This document shows positions 16,143-24,356 of a stretch of DNA of 64,000 nt, piece by piece. Source of the stretch: an uncultured Sulfurovum sp. GTDB taxonomy: Bacteria > Campylobacterota > Campylobacteria > Campylobacterales > Sulfurovaceae. Under the pieces are notes generated by a model. The model did no database searches. It had not been told where the DNA came from and saw only the letters and a program-made list of their open reading frames with translations. The number at the start of each line of letters is the position of its first letter. The first letter of the stretch is position 1. A program made the position numbers and the translations under genes. Where the stretch lies: positions 4,707 through 68,706 of the forward strand of contig CAMZLC010000058.1 in the NCBI GenBank assembly GCA_947311605.1, written 5' to 3'.

Positions 16143-18530
16143 TTACTCTCCAGACTCTCCGCGGTACCATGTGAGGAATTTTTTCCCTTCCACTCCGTTT
16201 TGTTCCAGGAGATTCAAATTATAATAAGGATCACCCCTGGTTAACAATTTCCGCCACTGTTTCTGGAATCGCAGTTTTTCGGAAGTTAAGGCATCTTGAT
16301 CAAAACCGGATTGTTGTTCTTCCGCTTCCAGGTAACGTCCAAGAGCAAATGGCGTATATAGAATCTCTTTTCCTTCTTCCCGGATACGAAAACACAAATC
16401 ACTGTCAGCAAATAGATTCCCGAAAGATTTTTCGTCAAAGCCACCAAGTTCAAGAAAATATTCTCGCTTAATCATTGCCAGGTTCCAGGAAAGGGAAAAA
16501 ACATTTTGCGCCCATTGCCGGCCAACCATATGACGGGAACTCTCCTGAAGAAATCGGGCATAATACAAAGAGGAATCTTTGTCCATATCGGGAAGAATAC
16601 CCACAAACTCCTCTTCACCTGCCACTGGAAGAATCCTTCCACCAACCATTCCTACGTTGCCATCCTGGCCATATTCAAGCATGGCCTGGATCCAATCTTT
16701 CTGTTGGAATTGTACAAATGAATTGAGGAAAATAATATAATTCCCTCTACACTGGCTTACTGCCTCATTATAAAGCGCAGCTGGCATATTGTTCCCGGAA
16801 GTCGGTAGCATTGTAACATTTCTTCTTCCTTCAAAAGTATGGACATCTGAAAGAAATACCTCCTGAACATCTCCTTTAATAAGTATAAACTCAACAGCAG
16901 GATACACAGTGGAGGATATCAGACGGGTTAAGTTTTCCTGAAAAAGGTCATTCTCCCTATACAAAATACAAACAGATACCATGGGGAACGCTGCCAGTTT
17001 TCTTTTTACCCTGTAATAAAATTTCCATTCAAGATGCTCAACAGCAGCATCTATATCACATCGTCCAAGAGCATTCTCAACTGCCTTTCTTCCCGCTTTG
17101 TTAGCGTATTGTTTCTGGTCATGATTAATGGACGTTGAAGTTTCAGAAGCACGCCAGTGATACAAGATATTCGGAATATGAACGATCTTCCTTGCCTGAT
17201 CCGAGAGTTTTAACACCAAATCAAAGTCTTGTGCACCATCGAGTGTGCTATCAAAGCCTCCAACCTTGTCATACAATGTTTTTTCAGTAACAACAAAATG
17301 GGTTATATAGTTATGAGACAATAACAGTTCCCTGTTAAAACCTGGTTTATTAAAAACATCAAATTGTCTCCCATCTTCACCAATCAGATCTTCGTCACTA
17401 TAATAAAGGTCTGCTTTTTTCGTGTTTATTTGCTGTACCACCCTAAACAGACAATCATTTGCAAGCTCGTCATCATTATCAAGGAAGCCTAAGTAATCAC
17501 CACTGGCAAGATCCGTTGCTACATTAGTGGCACCCGATATCCCCTTATTTTCATCTAGAAACACAACCTTGATTCTTTTGTCTAGCGCAGCCCAACGTTC
17601 TAGTAAAGGTTTAATATCAACATTACTACTACAATCATCGGCAAGACATAGCTCCCAGTGGGGATATGATTGATACAGAACGGAACGAATACAATTATTC
17701 AAAAATGATGGCAATACATTATAGACAGGAACAATTATGGATATCTTTGGCTTCTTGGGTAAATCATTTATGGTACGATTTGGATAAAAACCTTTATTTA
17801 CGCCTTTTTCAAGATAATGAGCAAGGGGAATTACAGTGTTTTCCTCAGCTGCAAGATAAGAAGAACGATAAAAAACAGGATCAAACCAGCTGCAGGGACG
17901 ATGATCGGCAGGTACACCATATGTCATATAATGAACAAACAGATCACATGATTCAGATACTTTATAGGTTGACTTGTAATAGGAAGGATCAAATAAAGGA
18001 GAAGGGCTCTTCCCTTCAGAAATGCCATAGTCATGATAATGACTGAAAGGTTCCATATTTTTCTTCAACAAAACTGGTGTCCTGTCAAGATACCACTCAA
18101 CATCAAAAAACAGACTAGCTTGCCTTCTCTCGGCCATACCAATGCTTAAATAGTGCCCCAATGGATGAATCCCACTCGTAGCAACATCAGCATATTTTTT
18201 CCTATAAAATGTTGCGTCAAAATATGGTGGTATGGATTCATCATTTCTCTTTTGAAGAAAATGCGTTAAAGGATCAATTCTTGAGAATTTAACTACAGGA
18301 TTCTCCTTTGTATAAGAACACGGATCAAAAAGGCGGTTGGGTTTTATCCCTTCTTGCCAACCACATCTTAGGTAGTGAATTAAGGGATTTATTCCGGCTG
18401 ACACCACTTCCGGATTCATCTTTCTATAGTATATCGGATCAAAACAACAGGATGTCTTCAGTAACCGATAGTCTTCGTTAAAAAGAATATACCATATAGT
18501 TAAAATGAGATTTTTAAAATACAGCTTCAT
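16143..18530 (-). CDS. Multidomain glycosyltransferase: six N-terminal ~37-aa repeats plus two GT2 (GT-A) domains
   Basis: ISIIVPVYNVLPSFLNNCIRSVLYQSYPHWELCLADDCSS...FLDNDDEL (first GT2). A second GT2-like domain starts at MVSVCILYREN. Confidence 0.85.
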   Translation of the reverse strand: MKLYFKNLILTIWYILFNEDYRLLKTSCCFDPIYYRKMNPEVVSAGINPLIHYLRCGWQEGIKPNRLFDPCSYTKENPVVKFSRIDPLTHFLQKRNDESIPPYFDATFYRKKYADVATSGIHPLGHYLSIGMAERRQASLFFDVEWYLDRTPVLLKKNMEPFSHYHDYGISEGKSPSPLFDPSYYKSTYKVSESCDLFVHYMTYGVPADHRPCSWFDPVFYRSSYLAAEENTVIPLAHYLEKGVNKGFYPNRTINDLPKKPKISIIVPVYNVLPSFLNNCIRSVLYQSYPHWELCLADDCSSNVDIKPLLERWAALDKRIKVVFLDENKGISGATNVATDLASGDYLGFLDNDDELANDCLFRVVQQINTKKADLYYSDEDLIGEDGRQFDVFNKPGFNRELLLSHNYITHFVVTEKTLYDKVGGFDSTLDGAQDFDLVLKLSDQARKIVHIPNILYHWRASETSTSINHDQKQYANKAGRKAVENALGRCDIDAAVEHLEWKFYYRVKRKLAAFPMVSVCILYRENDLFQENLTRLISSTVYPAVEFILIKGDVQEVFLSDVHTFEGRRNVTMLPTSGNNMPAALYNEAVSQCRGNYIIFLNSFVQFQQKDWIQAMLEYGQDGNVGMVGGRILPVAGEEEFVGILPDMDKDSSLYYARFLQESSRHMVGRQWAQNVFSLSWNLAMIKREYFLELGGFDEKSFGNLFADSDLCFRIREEGKEILYTPFALGRYLEAEEQQSGFDQDALTSEKLRFQKQWRKLLTRGDPYYNLNLLEQNGVEGKKFLTWYRGESGE
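17775..18443 (-). repeat. Six tandem protein-level repeats (~37 aa each) inside 16143..18530
   Basis: Repeat pattern FD-x3-Y-x8-14-(I/D)PL-x-H(Y/F)-x-G-x6-10. Examples: FDPIYYRKMNPEVVSAGINPLIHYLRCG, FDATFYRKKYADVATSGIHPLGHYLSIG, FDPVFYRSSYLAAEENTVIPLAHYLEKG. Confidence 0.6.
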
Positions 18531-18581
18531 CGTTTATAAGCAATTCTGTTTAAGTAAAAAGAACCTGATCAATCAAACTAT

Positions 18582-19886
18582 TCAGGAAAGTTTCAACTGC
18601 CGTTTAATATACTCCATTCCACCCTCACCTTCATGTTTTCGAAGAGTTGTTCCAACAGCACGGAATAATCCTGATGATTTATATTTATCAAGTTTTGAGG
18701 ATAACAACTGTAACTTTACCTGCTGAAGTTTTACTATCTGCTGTAAGGCATCATCGGCCAGTGCTTTGAAGCTAAGCTTTATGGTAAGGGTGTCGATACT
18801 TTCAAGTGTAGCCGGTGTTAAACAAAGATGGTATTGCGGATCATTGCCATCGAAATAGCGTTCATTATTTACCTGCAGGATTGAATTATCACCATAATCA
18901 ACTAATTCACTATCATTCCCATGTTTATCGGTAACTATAATTTGAAACAATTCTATTATGGCTGGAATATCAATGGGGTCAAAGCGTATGGATTTTATCT
19001 GTTGGTACTCCCTTAACGAGAACCGTATTTCTGACGTACCGGGCTCAACTTTTCGCTTGATGCAATCCGCATCACTAATCCCATTGCCAATATCAATATA
19101 TAATTTACTTGTATAATATTGTTCCCGTACTTCAAGCAAGGAATTGATCCATACGTCTATATGTTCAGTAAATAACTTTTCATGCCGCTCAAAAATTCTC
19201 CTGAACATTGCAATTTTTTGCCACCTTTCTTTGCTGCGAACCATGGAATCGGACGAAACACGGTAGGAGAACAGGACTTCAGGAATCTGATATACCTTAC
19301 GACCAAGTTCTATAAGTGACAGCCAAAATTCGTAATCTTCCCAGCCGTAAATCATCCCCGGGTCGTAACCACCGACCCTCTCCCAATCAGATTTTCTAAA
19401 CATGGCAGAGCAAAAAATAACATTATCAAGTAGCATTGCTTTTAGAGAATATTCAGGCAATAGCCATTTGGTCTCAACAGCACCAAAAAGTTGTGCCTGG
19501 CAATAAACAATACCCAAGTCTCCCTGATTATCAAGCAATCGAGCTGCATTTTCAAGATAACCGGGCTCTATAAAGTCATCAGCATCTAAAGGAAGAATAT
19601 ATCTTCCCTTTGCTTCACCAATGCCAGTATTACGGGCAGCAGCCAACCCCTGATTTTCAGTGCAAATAACCCTGGTCTTTTCTTTTTCATAATGGCTCAG
19701 CAATTGCTTCGTCTGTTTATCGGTAGAACCATCATTTACAATGATAATTTCAAATTTTTGGAACGTTTGCGACAAAACAGATTCAACTGCATCATTGAGA
19801 TACTGGCCATGATTATAACATGGAATAATTATACTGATTTCAGGTTTCAACTCATTGTTATTCTCATAATCAGGCATAGCACTCAA
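18582..19886 (-). CDS. Family 2 glycosyltransferase with a C-terminal beta-rich domain and coiled-coil tail
   Basis: ISIIIPCYNHGQYLNDAVESVLSQTFQKFEIIIVNDGSTD...PLDADD. C-terminal IKSIRFDPIDIP domain, then LQQIVKLQQVKLQLLSSKL. Confidence 0.85.
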   Translation of the reverse strand: MSAMPDYENNNELKPEISIIIPCYNHGQYLNDAVESVLSQTFQKFEIIIVNDGSTDKQTKQLLSHYEKEKTRVICTENQGLAAARNTGIGEAKGRYILPLDADDFIEPGYLENAARLLDNQGDLGIVYCQAQLFGAVETKWLLPEYSLKAMLLDNVIFCSAMFRKSDWERVGGYDPGMIYGWEDYEFWLSLIELGRKVYQIPEVLFSYRVSSDSMVRSKERWQKIAMFRRIFERHEKLFTEHIDVWINSLLEVREQYYTSKLYIDIGNGISDADCIKRKVEPGTSEIRFSLREYQQIKSIRFDPIDIPAIIELFQIIVTDKHGNDSELVDYGDNSILQVNNERYFDGNDPQYHLCLTPATLESIDTLTIKLSFKALADDALQQIVKLQQVKLQLLSSKLDKYKSSGLFRAVGTTLRKHEGEGGMEYIKRQLKLS

Positions 19887-19894
19887 GGGACCAT

Positions 19895-22216
19895 TTAGTT
19901 AGTAAAACCGTTCATATCATATATCTTGTTAAGACTATGGCTAAAACGCTCCCATGAAAAACGAGTTTTCAATGTAAACTCCATCTGTTCCTGAATTTTC
20001 CCCAAAAGATGTTCTTCAACAAGCAGTTTCTTTAAAAGAGAAACATAGGCAGCAGAATCATCAAACGGCTTTACCAGAAAGCCATTTTTTTCATGTTCTA
20101 TAAACTCATGGATACCACCAACGTCAGAGGCAATAACAGGCAAACCAGAAACTGCAGCGTCGAGTAAAACATTAGGAAGCCCATCCCATTGGGAAGTATA
20201 CAAGTATGCATCATACAGATGAACAGGTAAGGAAGAGAAACCGTCATAGCTCCCGTAGCATGTAACATTTTCCACAGCCTCCAGCACTGAAATAAATTGT
20301 TCTTCGTCGAGCACTGCTGTTCCATAGACATGAAACTGGATCGGCAGGTCTGAACACTGTTTGGCAATTTCCAGTAGAACATCCGGCCGTTTTTGTCGAT
20401 CCATTCGTCCTGCCCACAAAATCTGAAGCGTGCCCGGTTTTTTCAAATCTCCATCACTGCATAAGCTTACTTCCCGCGCAGGCATACAAGGCTGGTATAA
20501 AACAGCAAGTTTTGACTTCTCATAACCATACATCTGATGCAATTCATCCAAAAAAAACTGATTATCACTGCTTACTGCCTCAAGAAAGTCAAAACAATCT
20601 GGCAGGCAATGAACGGCAAAACCACTTCTGGATCCATTTTTGAGAAAATCAAAACAAAAAACACTTACGAATAGACGTGAGATCTTTTGTAAAATAGAAC
20701 CGTTATGGATAAAAAGACGATATCCATGCAATGAATTTATATTATGGATAACACGTGGCTGTATCTGGAGTATAAAACGATGAAGTAATACATCCTGTTT
20801 TTCCACAGAAATAGTATTATTTTTTTGGCCAAAAGGTATGAAGCATACACTTTCAGGTAGCTTGGAACTCCATGACGAATCAACATTTTCAGTTGCAATA
20901 ACTACAATTTGCTCGCCACGCCCCTGTCGTTCAAGGGCATGAACCATATTGATGGTCTCCAGATCTGCTCCACCGGTAATCAGCCAGGGAACCAGGAAAA
21001 CATATTCAATTTCCTCACCGCAATACGAACACAAATGTTCATAGGCCATAGATAATGAAGTTTCTGAGCCTTCACACCGCTGGACAATGACACGTGACGT
21101 GTCGGGTACTATTATGGGTTCTAATGAATTCATTTCCAGCATTTCCAACTGCATCCATTCTGGAAGAAAGTGTTGTTCTGAGTGTTTACAGGTAGGGTCA
21201 AGGCAAGAAGGGACAATGGTACTGGTTGCCTGCTTACAAAAAAAATTCTTCACACCACAAGCCACCATTGATACGCCCCATGGCCTCCCCTTATATGCTT
21301 CTGGAGAATCATTTTCATTATTAAGAGGAGGAGCATCCTGACTGTTTATTGCTGGCAATTCAGGGGCCTTAAAAGATTTACACTCAAAGAGTGTGCATTT
21401 TATGGAAGCAATGTCACCCCTAAAGTGTACAGGTAGTCGACCATTCCAGGGTTTTCTCGTATAAACAACCGTTCCCGCAACTACGGAAACGCGAATCCCC
21501 TGAGCCATGGCCTCACAGAGGAGAAGCCAGAATCCGGCAGTTTCACTAATTTCTTCGGCGGCACCCATTGCTTCAAGCAATTGAGACAATAACAACCTTT
21601 GGATAAAAAAATGGCCGGTGTTCCAATAAAGCCCATCCATCAAACATCCTGAATCAAAAAAACTATTGTGAGAAGCTAAAAACTTTGTCACTGCTGAATC
21701 AGCTCCAAAACATATTTCATATTCAGGTACGTAAAAACAAGGCCTTTCGGAGAGCGATTCGGAACAAATCAATTCAAACCACTGGAAGCCAATAATATGA
21801 CCTCCTGGCACAAAGACAATGGTATTTCCTTTGGACTCTTTTACTCCTGAACGCAAAAGTGTCAGTTCATCAGACTCCTCCAGAAAAAACTGGCGTACGT
21901 TTTCATCAACAAAATGACCATAAGTCTCTCTGGTAAGAGAATCGGACCCGCCGTGAACAATAAGCAGTTCAAAAAACTTATTAGAGCTATCTATCTTTTC
22001 AAGAGCACGCAAAATGGCACACATTGTCTGGTGTCCATGCCTTCCCTCATTCCGAGACAATATCACTATCGTGAAATCAGGTTGCAACTGTATATTAGTA
22101 TTACTCAAAACAACATCACCATCCACCTCTAACCTGATGGATACAAGCTTTAACAATGGCTCCGACTCTATAGAAAAAAGATGGCGAACATCGTTTTTCC
22201 TTTTCCAGTTTTTCAA
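19895..22216 (-). CDS. Large two-domain glycosyltransferase (degenerate GT2-like N-domain plus GT4/GT-B C-domain)
   Basis: The N-domain FTIVILSRNEG...LLIVHGGSDS lacks a clear DxD. The C-domain has WDGLPNVLLDAAVSGLPVIASDVGGIHEFIEHEKNGFLV. The start is uncertain because the longest ORF overlaps the upstream gene by 101 nt. Confidence 0.7.
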   Translation of the reverse strand: MKNWKRKNDVRHLFSIESEPLLKLVSIRLEVDGDVVLSNTNIQLQPDFTIVILSRNEGRHGHQTMCAILRALEKIDSSNKFFELLIVHGGSDSLTRETYGHFVDENVRQFFLEESDELTLLRSGVKESKGNTIVFVPGGHIIGFQWFELICSESLSERPCFYVPEYEICFGADSAVTKFLASHNSFFDSGCLMDGLYWNTGHFFIQRLLLSQLLEAMGAAEEISETAGFWLLLCEAMAQGIRVSVVAGTVVYTRKPWNGRLPVHFRGDIASIKCTLFECKSFKAPELPAINSQDAPPLNNENDSPEAYKGRPWGVSMVACGVKNFFCKQATSTIVPSCLDPTCKHSEQHFLPEWMQLEMLEMNSLEPIIVPDTSRVIVQRCEGSETSLSMAYEHLCSYCGEEIEYVFLVPWLITGGADLETINMVHALERQGRGEQIVVIATENVDSSWSSKLPESVCFIPFGQKNNTISVEKQDVLLHRFILQIQPRVIHNINSLHGYRLFIHNGSILQKISRLFVSVFCFDFLKNGSRSGFAVHCLPDCFDFLEAVSSDNQFFLDELHQMYGYEKSKLAVLYQPCMPAREVSLCSDGDLKKPGTLQILWAGRMDRQKRPDVLLEIAKQCSDLPIQFHVYGTAVLDEEQFISVLEAVENVTCYGSYDGFSSLPVHLYDAYLYTSQWDGLPNVLLDAAVSGLPVIASDVGGIHEFIEHEKNGFLVKPFDDSAAYVSLLKKLLVEEHLLGKIQEQMEFTLKTRFSWERFSHSLNKIYDMNGFTN

Positions 22217-23207
22217 GTTTCATATTCAGCTCTTTATTCTCACTAAATACCTGCGACGCACAAGCATCATTTTCAATCAACTGTCGTATATGCTTTGTTC
22301 CGGCAACATACAAAGAATTATCACCTTTTTGAAAAAGCGATGTGACCACAGATTCCCATTCATCATCATTATAATTCCTTAACAACAAGGTAGCCAACAT
22401 TCTATCCACATAATGATAACGCAATGACTTGAACACTTCTTCTTCAAGGATCATGTGACTTTGAGGTAGCAGATCCTGCAGTTCGTGACGACGCAAAAAA
22501 TCGGCAATAACAACGGCGATTTCAAAGTACACACCTGCCCTATCCTCTCCGAGTGTATTTGAACTATGGATTCTGTATTCAAGAAGTGGCTCATGTAACA
22601 AACGGAGATGAGATTCAAAAGTCGTGCGTAAAAAGAAGTCCCAATCATGGCAATATCGGAACTCTCTAAAGGGTGAAACATGATTAACCAAAGAAATACT
22701 ACAGAAAATATTAGAGGTGGAAATCAAAAAATTATCCGCAAAGAGATCAAGAGGAATGACCTGATCTTCATGGCTCCGTTTTCCACGATTGAGGTACAAA
22801 GGAGCACTTCTAATCTGGTGTAAAGCTTGTCCTGATGAATCAATACATTGTACACCTGTACAGACTATACCTATGGACGGATCAGCCTCTATGAGTTGGT
22901 AACACTTCCCCAGACGCTCTTTTGCAAAAAGATCATCTGAATTCAAAATGGCAATATATCGCCCGCACGCATGAGATATTCCAGTATTCAGTGCATTGTG
23001 TGCGCCACGATTTTCCTGACAGAACAGACGAATACGCGAATCAGCTATTCTTTTCACAAATTCAACTGAGTTATCCGTAGAACCATCATCAACTATAACA
23101 ATCTCAAAATCCTGAAACGATTGCTCCAATACAGACTGTATGGTCTGCTCAATGAAGTCCTCATGATTATAAAGAGGTATTATGACACTAATTTCAGGTT
23201 TGCTCAT
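22116..23207 (-). CDS. Family 2 glycosyltransferase (GT-A) with a short C-terminal coiled-coil
   Basis: ISVIIPLYNHEDFIEQTIQSVLEQSFQDFEIVIVDDGSTD...ILNSDD. Tail ENKELNMKLEKLEKEKR. Confidence 0.85.
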   Translation of the reverse strand: MSKPEISVIIPLYNHEDFIEQTIQSVLEQSFQDFEIVIVDDGSTDNSVEFVKRIADSRIRLFCQENRGAHNALNTGISHACGRYIAILNSDDLFAKERLGKCYQLIEADPSIGIVCTGVQCIDSSGQALHQIRSAPLYLNRGKRSHEDQVIPLDLFADNFLISTSNIFCSISLVNHVSPFREFRYCHDWDFFLRTTFESHLRLLHEPLLEYRIHSSNTLGEDRAGVYFEIAVVIADFLRRHELQDLLPQSHMILEEEVFKSLRYHYVDRMLATLLLRNYNDDEWESVVTSLFQKGDNSLYVAGTKHIRQLIENDACASQVFSENKELNMKLEKLEKEKRCSPSFFYRVGAIVKACIHQVRGGW

Positions 23208-23242
23208 TCACTCCGACCACTGACATTACACCAAATCGCACT

Positions 23243-24355
23243 TCAACTAATACTGCTATTTTTCCATGACGCAGGATTGCATTTTTTGATAAACATTGCT
23301 AATCGCCATGACCTACTTTCCTTTATTTGCAGCAAAGTATCCTGCAATGCCAAAACCTTTGTCTCACACTCTACAACACTTTGATCTCTGCTTTGAATAT
23401 CTTTACTCAATCGTTCCATTTCAGCCACAACCACTTGATATCTTACTGTTTGTTTCTCAATTTTCCTTCGAGTTTCATGTAAACCTGAAACCATCCCTTT
23501 AACTTCAGGGTTATAGAAAAAACGTGTGTACTTTTCATAGTTTTTCCGAATAGTATCATTACGATCAACAATCCTTTCTGAATCATCTTTTTTACTGGCA
23601 GATTCTAAAAAAGATGCATAACACTCTTGAACAAGGAGCGAAAGAGGATCATCAAATAGTTGAGGAGGTTTTTTGTGGTGTCGTAAATCACGATCCAGAA
23701 ATGCCAGGACATCAGCTCTTGCTTCTTGCCATGGCCGCGGAAAGGGTAACTCCAGTTTTTCTATAATTGCAGAAATTTCACTCTCAGAGTTTTCTATCAA
23801 ACTCTCAAAAGCAACAAAAACTCTTGGTACACCGCGAGTAAGGTACTCTGCGGTCAACATATGATTCATCCACATCAGCAGCCCATGTTCCAAGGAGAAT
23901 CCATCCCGTTTCTGTAAAGATTTTGCCACTTCCACAGGATCTCGTACCGCGAACACACACTTAATGGCAATTCCCATATCGGAAAAGACATCCTGCAAGA
24001 CAGGGAACAAGATGCAAATCCTTGGATCCTTAACGGCACTAAGAGCATGATGCCCAATTTCTTGCTCCAGCAGGTCTTTAAGATCTCTTTTATACTGTTT
24101 GACTTCTTTGTCTAGAAGCCAGTCAGATCCGTAGAAACAGGGGTCATCCCAAGAAGAATTGCATTTTTTGATAAAATGCTCATTCATCCGGAAGACCTTC
24201 ATATTCTCAAAAAAACCTTTTGGGTTATCCCCTTTCCACGGCCCCATCAACTGCCCCCCCAACTGACAGCCCATCAACTGAAGAGCACCTGTCAAAGCAG
24301 ATGTTCCACTTCGATGCATCCCCATTACAAAGATACAATTTTGAGATTGAAGCAC
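23243..24355 (-). CDS. Sulfotransferase-family protein with a C-terminal coiled-coil
   Basis: 5'-PSB-like loop FVMGMHRSGTS (24299..24322), a KDPR block, and a C-terminal heptad-like ~60 aa followed by ESRSWRL. The GTG start lies 1 nt after the wzt stop and is preceded by GAAGGGGAG. Confidence 0.75.
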   Translation of the reverse strand: MLQSQNCIFVMGMHRSGTSALTGALQLMGCQLGGQLMGPWKGDNPKGFFENMKVFRMNEHFIKKCNSSWDDPCFYGSDWLLDKEVKQYKRDLKDLLEQEIGHHALSAVKDPRICILFPVLQDVFSDMGIAIKCVFAVRDPVEVAKSLQKRDGFSLEHGLLMWMNHMLTAEYLTRGVPRVFVAFESLIENSESEISAIIEKLELPFPRPWQEARADVLAFLDRDLRHHKKPPQLFDDPLSLLVQECYASFLESASKKDDSERIVDRNDTIRKNYEKYTRFFYNPEVKGMVSGLHETRRKIEKQTVRYQVVVAEMERLSKDIQSRDQSVVECETKVLALQDTLLQIKESRSWRLAMFIKKCNPASWKNSSIS

Positions 24356-24356
24356 T

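Noticed and set aside
19895-23207. Possible frameshifted or pseudogenised glycosyltransferase suggested by the 101-nt overlap
   Set aside because: Both reading frames are long and intact with complete domain motifs. Alternative GTG/TTG starts at the junction explain the apparent overlap.
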